In this document: positions 20,040-28,003 of the stretch, piece by piece
Layout of the letters: every line of letters starts with the position of its first letter
Position numbering within the stretch: position 1 is the stretch's first letter
NCBI GenBank assembly: GCA_964544475.1
Contig: CAZJBS010000006.1
Coordinates: 106,951 to 170,950, forward strand
Length of the DNA stretch: 64,000 nt
Direction of reading: 5' to 3'
From: an uncultured Bacteroidota bacterium
Lineage (GTDB): Bacteria > CLD3 > SB21
Position numbers and translations under genes: made by a program
Notes under the pieces: generated by a model
What the model was told of the DNA's origin: nothing
The model's database searches: none
Seen by the model: the letters and a program-made list of their open reading frames with translations, nothing else

Positions 20040-21221
20040 TCATGTGAAAAGTTTGATGACATCCAATATCAGCCTGGGTTTTGTCTTAAGCGCTGCCTTG
20101 AAGATCCGCATCAGACTTCGTTCTTGCAAGGGAATTTTCAGGACTTCATGCGCCAGTCGGTTGAATTGGTCATCGCTGAAATCGAAAACGGCTTCTTTGA
20201 TCCGATAGAATCTTTCGTGATCCTTGCCAATGGACTTACCCCACTCTTTTTCGTACGCGCCCAAGCGGACCGCCGAGGTGTTCTTTTCGCGAACGGCTTC
20301 CGCGGCCACCTTGCCGGCCAGCATGCCGGCATACATTCCAGAAACGATGCCGCCGCCGGATATTGGATTAACTTGGTGGGCGGCGTCCCCGACCAGCATC
20401 AGCCCGTCCCCGACGATCTTCTTTCGGGTCAGGGCACACGGAACACCTCCACACAGCGTGGACAGGACTGGCTTACCAGGAAAGCGTTCCTCCACAAAAT
20501 CGCGCAGAAAACTGAGCGCCGACCTCTTGCCGCTGTAATCCCCGGAAATACCGATGCCAACGTTGGCCGTCCGATTTCCTTTAGGAAAAATCCAAACATA
20601 CCCGCCCGGCACTTTGACGCTCGAAAAATAAAAATCGCATGTGCTTTGATCGATGTCGATATCGGCGATCGTGAATTGCGCGCAGGATTCCATATCCCGC
20701 ATTTTCGTAAACGTGTTCATCCCTGCCCAACGGCCGACCCTTGTCTCGACGCCGTCCGCGCCAACGACGATTTGAGATCGAATATCCTGATTGGTACCCA
20801 TGTGCTTCACTTGTACGCCAAGGACCCTGCCCTCGTCGTCTCTCAGGAGTCCTGTGACATATGCCTTTGTCACGACTTCCGCCCCTTCCTTCGCCGCCAG
20901 ATTGGCCAGCTCATAATCGAAAATACGCCGATCAAGACAGTACCCGCAGTCACCCCACCGCGCTTCGACCGGTGTACCATCCGGTGCAATCAATTTGAAG
21001 CCCGTAATCGTGGCGGCGATCCATCTGGACTCCACTGTGCTGAGCACCCGGGACAGCCCTTTCGCGCCGACGCCCTCGGCGCATCTTACGGGAACGCCCA
21101 CCTCACGGTCTTTTTCCAGCAACAGCACACGCGCACCGCCACCGGCTGCATAACGGGCGGTCGTGCTGCCCGAAGGTCCGGCGCCCACCACGATCACATC
21201 ATAGGAATCCCTGGAAATCAT
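20040..21221 (-). CDS. FAD-dependent oxidoreductase, geranylgeranyl reductase (ChlP/BchP/GGR) family
   Basis: 393 aa. N-terminal FAD fold YDVIVVGAGPSGSTTA, LLEK. Characteristic GDAAHQVNPISGGGI near the C-terminus. Confidence 0.8.
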   Translation of the reverse strand: MISRDSYDVIVVGAGPSGSTTARYAAGGGARVLLLEKDREVGVPVRCAEGVGAKGLSRVLSTVESRWIAATITGFKLIAPDGTPVEARWGDCGYCLDRRIFDYELANLAAKEGAEVVTKAYVTGLLRDDEGRVLGVQVKHMGTNQDIRSQIVVGADGVETRVGRWAGMNTFTKMRDMESCAQFTIADIDIDQSTCDFYFSSVKVPGGYVWIFPKGNRTANVGIGISGDYSGKRSALSFLRDFVEERFPGKPVLSTLCGGVPCALTRKKIVGDGLMLVGDAAHQVNPISGGGIVSGMYAGMLAGKVAAEAVREKNTSAVRLGAYEKEWGKSIGKDHERFYRIKEAVFDFSDDQFNRLAHEVLKIPLQERSLMRIFKAALKTKPRLILDVIKLFT

Positions 21222-21231
21222 GCCACGGTCC

Positions 21232-21834
21232 TTAGTTTACAACAACGCGCCCTTCCATGGCGCGTGACAAGGTGGTCATGTCGGCAAACTCCAAATCGCT
21301 GCCGATCGGAATTCCCCGAGCAATACGGGTGATCCTGACATGCGACCGCGCGTTGAGCTTTTCGGCAACATACATGACCGTCGCATCTCCCTGGACGTTT
21401 GGATTGATGGCCAAGATGACTTCGCGAACGCCCGCGTCGCATCGGCGTAACAACTCAACGACCTTCAGGTCATCCGGACCAATGCCATCCAGAGGATTCA
21501 AGAGTCCTCCCAGCACGTGGTAGACGCCCCGAAACTGATCCGTACGCTCAAGGGCCAGCACATCATTCGCTTCCTCGACCACGCAGATCACACCATGGTC
21601 GCGCTTCGAATTTGTGCAAATGGGACATGGATCTGACTCGGTGATATTGAAACAAAGGCTGCATCTCCGGATTTTTTCGGACAAATCCAACAATGCCCTG
21701 GAAAGGCTCGTGATATCGTCTTTTGGCTGTTTCAGCAAATGAAAGGCAAGTCGTTGCGCCGTTTTTCGCCCGATGCTGGGGAGTTTTGTCAATTCGTTGA
21801 TCAGGCGTTCCAGGGATTCGGATGTGTAGTGCAT
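21232..21834 (-). CDS. recR: Recombination protein RecR
   Basis: C4 zinc finger CSLCFNITESDPCPIC and Toprim domain. The start is placed at MHYTSESLERLINEL; the ORF-track start at 21858 adds 8 poorly fitting residues. Confidence 0.9.
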   Translation of the reverse strand: MHYTSESLERLINELTKLPSIGRKTAQRLAFHLLKQPKDDITSLSRALLDLSEKIRRCSLCFNITESDPCPICTNSKRDHGVICVVEEANDVLALERTDQFRGVYHVLGGLLNPLDGIGPDDLKVVELLRRCDAGVREVILAINPNVQGDATVMYVAEKLNARSHVRITRIARGIPIGSDLEFADMTTLSRAMEGRVVVN

Positions 21835-21869
21835 GATAAGAAAGAAATCGTTAGGCAATCAAGTTTTTT

Positions 21870-23630
21870 TTAGGTGACACGCCGTTGGTCTGTCGGTGAG
21901 GAGACGGCCTTCGGTTCAACACTCACCAATTCCGCGTCCAAAGCCGCCATCACGCTCTTCAGAGGCTCCTCTTGTTGAAGATGACGGACCAGCGAGAACA
22001 GATCGCTCGTACGGGTTAATGCTTCCTGATCGGACGCCGATTGGTCGTTGACGACCGGATAATGATCAAACAGATTATTCTGATCGGTTGCGTCGGCGGC
22101 GGCATGGACGGTAGCTGATACATCCGGACTCATGTCACATTGGATACGCCATCGAAATCCAAAGACATCCAAGGCGATAGTTGCCAGATAGTCCCTTTCT
22201 TTGTGGAGCATTTCGGCATGAATATCTGAAAAATCGTCATGTCCGAATCCCACACGTAAGATGTCTTTCTCTATTCCTCTTGGATATACATGATCCAATA
22301 TGGCTCCCAATCGTATTTTTTCAGATTTCACGCGCGACACAAAGTCAACCCATTTGACCTTTACATCGCTCCACGGCATGGCCGGGCGTGTATCTGACTC
22401 GCCTTGGGAATGGACCCTGACGGACAGAGGCCGGGCGTTTATGGGTTCAGACTTTTTTTTTTCAGCCTCCCCGGATACCTCTTCCATGGCGCCCACTTGG
22501 CCGGATTCGATCCGCTGGATCAATTCCGTCAGGGCTACCGATCCCTCCAAGGCCGCCAGTTTCAGTAACAGCAGTTCAAACTGAACCCGGGGGCGCACGC
22601 TCCACTTGATGCGCTGAATCCCGTCGGCGACGAGGCTCATCAGCCGGAGGATGTCCGTCTCGGAAAAAGCGTTGGCGACCGTTCGAAAACGGCGGCGGTA
22701 TCCTTCGAATACTTCCGTCAACGCTTCCTCTCCGCAGGATTTGGCCACGAGAATATTTCTCAGGTGTTCGAGCAGTCCATTCAGATATTCTGTAAAATCC
22801 CATCCGGATTCAGCCACGCGGCCGGTCAATTCAAACACGGCTTTCGTATCCCGGCGTTCAAGAATTTCGATCAACTGCAGGTAGGATTCCTGCCCAATGA
22901 TCCCGAGAGCTTTGCGGACTTCATCGATGTGTATCCGCGTCCCGCAGAATGAGATCACCTGGTCCAGAAGTGTCAGAGCGTCGCGCATCCCGCCATCCGC
23001 CAATTGAGCCACGGCAAACACGGACTCGCGGTCCGCCTCAAGGCCCTCCGTTCGGCAAATCCATTCCAGCCTTTTGACAATTTTGTCGATGGGAACTCGT
23101 TTAAAATCGAATCGCTGACATCGGGACAGTATCGTTGGTAAAATCTTATGAGGCTCCGTGGTTGCAAAAACGAATATCACCTGCGGGGGCGGTTCTTCCA
23201 GTGTCTTCAAGAGAGCATTAAAGGCGTCTTTTGTGATCATGTGGAATTCATCAATGATATACACCTTGAACGCGCCCTGGAGCGGCACATAACGGACGTT
23301 GTCGCGCAAACTTCGGATTTCGTCAATGCCGCGATTGGACGCGCCGTCGATTTCAAGAACATCCATGCTGCGGCCGGAAGTGATTTCAGTGCAACTGACG
23401 CATTGGTTGCACGGCGTGACCGTCGGTCCGCCATTCTGGCAATTGAGCGCTTTGGCAAGAATGCGGGCCGAGGTCGTCTTCCCGACACCGCGCGGGCCTG
23501 AAAAGATATAGGCGTGTGCGATTCGTTTGGTCTCGATCGCATTTCTCAACGTCGTCGTAATGTGTTCCTGGCCGACGACATCGTCGAAAGTCATCGGGCG
23601 GTATTTACGGGCCATCACCAGATAGGACAT
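21870..23630 (-). CDS. dnaX: DNA polymerase III subunits tau/gamma
   Basis: MSYLVMARKYRPMTFDDVVGQEH..., Walker A GPRGVGKTT, zinc module CNQCVSC, SRC motif. Start chosen at the ATG (MSYLV) two codons inside the GTG given by the ORF track. Confidence 0.93.
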   Translation of the reverse strand: MSYLVMARKYRPMTFDDVVGQEHITTTLRNAIETKRIAHAYIFSGPRGVGKTTSARILAKALNCQNGGPTVTPCNQCVSCTEITSGRSMDVLEIDGASNRGIDEIRSLRDNVRYVPLQGAFKVYIIDEFHMITKDAFNALLKTLEEPPPQVIFVFATTEPHKILPTILSRCQRFDFKRVPIDKIVKRLEWICRTEGLEADRESVFAVAQLADGGMRDALTLLDQVISFCGTRIHIDEVRKALGIIGQESYLQLIEILERRDTKAVFELTGRVAESGWDFTEYLNGLLEHLRNILVAKSCGEEALTEVFEGYRRRFRTVANAFSETDILRLMSLVADGIQRIKWSVRPRVQFELLLLKLAALEGSVALTELIQRIESGQVGAMEEVSGEAEKKKSEPINARPLSVRVHSQGESDTRPAMPWSDVKVKWVDFVSRVKSEKIRLGAILDHVYPRGIEKDILRVGFGHDDFSDIHAEMLHKERDYLATIALDVFGFRWRIQCDMSPDVSATVHAAADATDQNNLFDHYPVVNDQSASDQEALTRTSDLFSLVRHLQQEEPLKSVMAALDAELVSVEPKAVSSPTDQRRVT

Positions 23631-23643
23631 ACGCACCTAAAAA

Positions 23644-23744
23644 ATCGCCCAAGCTGATACGCACATCCAAGGCGAATGCCTACCGTTGCTTCCTTCCGGA
23701 CCTGGCGGGGTTCAGCGGCCTCAAATTGCGTAAGGCTCGGGCTA
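23644..23744 (-). ncRNA. ffs: Signal recognition particle RNA (small bacterial 4.5S / ffs)
   Basis: Minus strand reads ...GAGGCCGCUGAACCCCGCCAGGUCCGGAAGGAAGCAACGGUAGGCAUUCGCC..., containing the conserved domain-IV motif. Termini 5'-GCCCGAGC / GCUUGGGC-3' can pair. Followed by a UUUUUU tract and then the dnaX start. The ffs-dnaX-recR order is conserved synteny. Ends are approximate. Confidence 0.8.
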
Positions 23745-23778
23745 TATTTCCAATTCAAGTTTTGCAAGAACGCCGCCT

Positions 23779-23807
23779 AAGATAAGTAATGAACCTGAGA
23801 TTGTCAA
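23779..23807 (-). promoter_or_regulatory. Candidate sigma70 promoter for ffs
   Basis: Minus strand reads TTGACA - 17 nt - TATCTT, about 30 nt upstream of the proposed mature 5' end. A precursor processed at the 5' end, as for E. coli 4.5S RNA, is plausible. Confidence 0.4.
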
Positions 23808-23843
23808 TATCGCGGATTGAGTCGCCGTCCTCCTATCGGCCTT

Positions 23844-26216
23844 TCATGGCACCCAGATCACGTAGGCAAACACCTCGCTGGTCGATTCTGGAGTCTCCGC
23901 CATCAATTCCCGCTTCGTTCGTGCAAGGGCTTCCACGGCGGAGCATGACGATTCTCCCAACCAATGGGAGTAAAAAACATTCATAAAATCGACGGAAGCC
24001 TTATCCCCAACCGGCCAGAGAGTTCCGACGACCACAGAAGCGCCGGCATCGAGGAATGCCGCGGCCAGGCTCCGGATACCGCCGGCCTGCAAGTTTCGTC
24101 CCACCGCCGAGCCGCACGACGACAGAATGACCACCGCTCCGGCCAAATCCTCCGTTCGTATTTCATCGGCTGTCCATAATCCGTCGTGTTCTCCATTCCC
24201 CGCATCGATAGACAGATACGATTGCTCAGGACGCCATGTATTGCTGACGCCATGGGCCGCCACATGCAGGGTTCGAATCCGGCCCAGCGATGTCTTTTTC
24301 AAAGCCGCTTCTGTGAAGACCGGACTCCACTCCAAACCTCTTTGAGACAATACCACGCGTTCCTCATCGGCCACAAAAGGCAGATGGCCGAGGTCGGAAT
24401 TGGCGCCTACAAAAACGGCCTGACGGTTCATGTTCTCCGCCACCGATCCATACTTTCCGGCTGAGAAAACCAGGTTGTGGCGGTTGATCAAATAGGTGTC
24501 GCCCGTCCACATCAGACCAAACGGCAGATACGACACGACCCCGTCCGGCATGATCACCCACATGCGTTCACCTTTCAACCGGGGCCAAACCGGTCCGACG
24601 AACAACTCAAACGCAAGGCGCAGTGATTTCTGCCGGGCCGTGACGGATGCTGCCGGATGACGGCAGACCGTCAGCATTTCGATCGCTCCCTGAAGCAGGT
24701 CTTTTTCAGAGGCCAGCTTTGCCAACAACGTGTCCCGTGGTGATGTGACGATGACGTATGAGTCGGAATCATTGAGGAAGTAGTGTAAATGAATCGCCGT
24801 ATCCGGCTGCGCGGCCTTCGATGCGGCCAATCGATCGCCGGAAGCTCGCCACGCAGCCGATCGCAGAAACTGAAGAAGATTGAGCGCCTCAGCCATCCTG
24901 TTCTGACTGAATAAGAAACCAACATAGTCTCGATAAACGTCACCACGCTCACCTTCCCATACGTAGGAGGACGCTCGCGCCTGACTGAGATCCGGCTTGG
25001 CTTCATGACACGCGAGTTTGAACAACGAATCGGCTGTCACCATTTCATTCTGCCATCGTGCGATACGGGCCATTTGATGATGAATACGCCATGGCACTAC
25101 TCCACGATCTCTGAATTCCAGGCATGCGTCGGCCTGTCGCAGACTTGATGCAACCGAGTCCGGATGACCAAGATGAAAGTATGCTTCTGCCATCCGCACG
25201 ACCACTTCGGCCGTTTCTCTGTAATTCTCCAGCCGGCGATATCTATCGAGAGCCTCCCTCAACAACGGCACGGCTTCCTGCCATCGATTGGATTTGATGA
25301 AGATTCCGCCAAAAGACTGAAGCGCGTGGGCTTCCGTCAGAGCATCGCCATTGCGGCGGGCGGTCCTAATAACCTGCTGATAGGATTCCGACGCTTCTTG
25401 AAAGCGGCTTTGGACCTCATAAACGGTCGCGCGGTTCAATTCAACAGCCGCCATACCCATCGAATCTCCAACCGTTCGGAACCACTGCCATGCGCGCTCG
25501 TAGTGAACCTCACTTTCACCCAAATCCTCCAGATCGTTGTAGATGTTACCCATGACAACTTCATCGGCCGCCAGATCCAGCGTGTCGCGGCGAAGGGAAT
25601 CAAGAATCGTTGATTGGCGACAGTATTCAATGGCTTCCTCATAGCGACATAATTCCCGGCAGACTATCGCCAGATTGGAGAGTACAAACGAACGGAGCTT
25701 GACCATCTCGAGAGAATCAGCCAGCGGCAGTGCTTTTAGAAAATGCCACCGTGCCTCAAATCGCCGGCCTTTTCGAAGCTGGAGAATTCCAAGATAATTG
25801 TGATATCGAGCACGAACTTCGCGATCGCCCAGATGAAGCATCGTACGGACGTCATCCAATGCCGCTTGCGCCTCTTGGAACATGCTCATTTCAGTCAATA
25901 CCAGGCTGTGTTCCAGGAGATTTCGAAGGCGCAAACTTACCGGGAGACGCTTTTGAGACGTCAAGCGATGAAATACGGAATCCGATCGAAGGTTATTGCC
26001 AAGATAGAAATGGGCTTTTGCAACGAGAGCTACCGCCATCCAAGTCGAATCATGCCGTGGCCGTTCTGGTCGGGTCCGATCATGCCATGCAATCAGTTCT
26101 TGAAATCGTCCGTCATGGAACATCTGATGAATCGGGCGGAAATAGGCGGTTTCATCCGATTGGGCGTACAACGCCTGACAACAAAGCCACAGAAAAAATC
26201 CGAATTTCATCGCCAA
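23844..26216 (-). CDS. Secreted TPR-repeat protein with C-terminal CHAT (caspase-like) protease domain
   Basis: 790 aa. Signal peptide MAMKFGFFLWLCCQALYAQS. Multiple TPR-like helical repeats. C-terminal CHAT signature with a His-Cys dyad (LHVAAHGVS ... VVILSSCGSA) and the typical terminal ...AYVIWVP. Confidence 0.75.
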   Translation of the reverse strand: MAMKFGFFLWLCCQALYAQSDETAYFRPIHQMFHDGRFQELIAWHDRTRPERPRHDSTWMAVALVAKAHFYLGNNLRSDSVFHRLTSQKRLPVSLRLRNLLEHSLVLTEMSMFQEAQAALDDVRTMLHLGDREVRARYHNYLGILQLRKGRRFEARWHFLKALPLADSLEMVKLRSFVLSNLAIVCRELCRYEEAIEYCRQSTILDSLRRDTLDLAADEVVMGNIYNDLEDLGESEVHYERAWQWFRTVGDSMGMAAVELNRATVYEVQSRFQEASESYQQVIRTARRNGDALTEAHALQSFGGIFIKSNRWQEAVPLLREALDRYRRLENYRETAEVVVRMAEAYFHLGHPDSVASSLRQADACLEFRDRGVVPWRIHHQMARIARWQNEMVTADSLFKLACHEAKPDLSQARASSYVWEGERGDVYRDYVGFLFSQNRMAEALNLLQFLRSAAWRASGDRLAASKAAQPDTAIHLHYFLNDSDSYVIVTSPRDTLLAKLASEKDLLQGAIEMLTVCRHPAASVTARQKSLRLAFELFVGPVWPRLKGERMWVIMPDGVVSYLPFGLMWTGDTYLINRHNLVFSAGKYGSVAENMNRQAVFVGANSDLGHLPFVADEERVVLSQRGLEWSPVFTEAALKKTSLGRIRTLHVAAHGVSNTWRPEQSYLSIDAGNGEHDGLWTADEIRTEDLAGAVVILSSCGSAVGRNLQAGGIRSLAAAFLDAGASVVVGTLWPVGDKASVDFMNVFYSHWLGESSCSAVEALARTKRELMAETPESTSEVFAYVIWVP

Positions 26217-26221
26217 TGGAG

Positions 26222-28003
26222 TCAGTCTCTCGTCACACGAAACGATTCCGACAAGACATCTTCGAAAACGTGCGTTTCGTACTTCAGCTTCAATTCTTCC
26301 ATCCAGTTCCTCATCCGGCGTCGGCGCTCCGTTGCCAAGAAATCCGACCTGACGGCCTCTCTGACCTGCTCAAAGGTCTTTTGAGCTCCAGCTGAGCGAT
26401 TCATCAGTCGCAAAATCGCATATCCACCCTGCGGTCTGCGAAATGGAGGGCTGATTTCTCCCGGCCTCATTTCCGCGGTAATCCTTCCAATATCTTCAAT
26501 GACATTGTCGGGCATGGGACCTGTTCGGCGGCATTTGAACCCCGGTTTCGATGAGAGTTGATCATAGACAGCATCGAAATTACGCGTTCGGACTATTTCC
26601 GCGTAGGCCGCCCCGACCGTTGCCGAATCGGAGCCATAGATTTCCATGTAGTCAATGACGCCTGGTGACCGGTAATCTTCCAAACGACTTTCGAAAAACG
26701 TCTTCATCTGCTTTTCATCAACAGAAAGGCCGGCCTCCACATGAATTCGGTGTGCGTATTCCTCTGCGGCATCCATGACGCCGGTTTCCACAGCCGCTGA
26801 ATCCTGCCCTGACAGAGTGATCCCCTGAGTACGACCGTAATCTGCCGTCACTCTGGTCAGCGCAATCTGACGCAATCCCATCCGGATTCGCGCATCATCC
26901 AGACGTAATTTGGCGGCATTGTCCTCAATCTCCCACAATATCTCCTCTAGAGGAATACGTCCGCCATTGAAAACGGCCATGTCAATCTTCTTTTCATCCT
27001 CCGTGAATGCTGACATGATCCTGGCCGATTCGGTGATCTGGGCGTATCGGCTCTTGAACAGACGCAAGGCGTCTGTGTTGACCTGATATTCATACCGACG
27101 GAGCAAGTCATCCCCGAACGCCGTCGCCGCCGTCAACATTCTTTCATTCTTTTCAGACAGGTATCGACCGGTAAGATATGTTTTTATGGAAGACTTCAAC
27201 TCATCCAAACTCTTCAGAGTTCCCACAGGACGCCGATCTGTAACCTTCAAAATCTGAAATCCTTTGGCTGATTCAACCGGATTCAGGATAGCTCCCTTTT
27301 GCAGCGGCCAAAGCTTTTCCCATACATCCGGACTTGATCGGCCATAGCCCACAAATCCAACGTCGCCATTCAGATATTGTGTCTGCTCATCGTTGGAGTA
27401 CTGAATAACGTAAGCGTCAAAACGTTCCGGATACAGTTGAAGATCCCTGAAAATGGAATCCGCCAGGCGTCGGGCGCTTTCCCGTGAGCGCCGGGCCACC
27501 ACGGTATCCATCCACTTACCCTTTTGCATCATCGATTCGCGATAGCCAATCAACACTTGACTGATCCTGATCTCTTCCTTCATGCGCTCATACTCTGCCA
27601 CGAGTGCAGAATCTGTGATCAGCGCATCATAAACCTCTCTCTGTCGTACCCGCGAGGCCACTATTTCTTCCAATCCTGTCTTGCGTTTGTTGGCGATGCG
27701 AGGTAGTTCCATCAGTTTCTCACTGAGAACAAACTGCCTGAGCAGGTGTTTATAGACCAGTTGATCCATCATTTGTTTCCGAACGCTCAGCTTGTACAAG
27801 TCCGAACCGGACGCGCCTTGCATGTGACTGAATGCCTTGAACTCATCCAATCGGATCGAATCGCGTCCCACCGATGCCACGACGACTTTCGAATCCGCTG
27901 ATCTATGTTTTTCCTGATGGCCGGAACACGCGGTCCATAAGCAGCATGCCGCGGAGAGCAGCAATACCGGTCTATGAATGATATTCAAGTGAATTTGTTT
28001 CAT
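26222..28003 (-). CDS. SurA/PpiD-like peptidyl-prolyl cis-trans isomerase (parvulin-type) lipoprotein
   Basis: 593 aa. Lipoprotein signal LLLSAACCLWTAC. SurA-N-like chaperone region and parvulin-like segment. Placement next to mfd is as seen in several phyla. Confidence 0.6.
   Translation of the reverse strand: MKQIHLNIIHRPVLLLSAACCLWTACSGHQEKHRSADSKVVVASVGRDSIRLDEFKAFSHMQGASGSDLYKLSVRKQMMDQLVYKHLLRQFVLSEKLMELPRIANKRKTGLEEIVASRVRQREVYDALITDSALVAEYERMKEEIRISQVLIGYRESMMQKGKWMDTVVARRSRESARRLADSIFRDLQLYPERFDAYVIQYSNDEQTQYLNGDVGFVGYGRSSPDVWEKLWPLQKGAILNPVESAKGFQILKVTDRRPVGTLKSLDELKSSIKTYLTGRYLSEKNERMLTAATAFGDDLLRRYEYQVNTDALRLFKSRYAQITESARIMSAFTEDEKKIDMAVFNGGRIPLEEILWEIEDNAAKLRLDDARIRMGLRQIALTRVTADYGRTQGITLSGQDSAAVETGVMDAAEEYAHRIHVEAGLSVDEKQMKTFFESRLEDYRSPGVIDYMEIYGSDSATVGAAYAEIVRTRNFDAVYDQLSSKPGFKCRRTGPMPDNVIEDIGRITAEMRPGEISPPFRRPQGGYAILRLMNRSAGAQKTFEQVREAVRSDFLATERRRRMRNWMEELKLKYETHVFEDVLSESFRVTRD

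Noticed and set aside
19563-21332. 589-aa plus-strand ORF
   Set aside because: It lies antisense to the geranylgeranyl reductase, recR-proximal and hypothetical genes. Its composition is dominated by H/R/G/P/Q runs with no domain signature, so it is a typical shadow ORF of GC-rich coding DNA.
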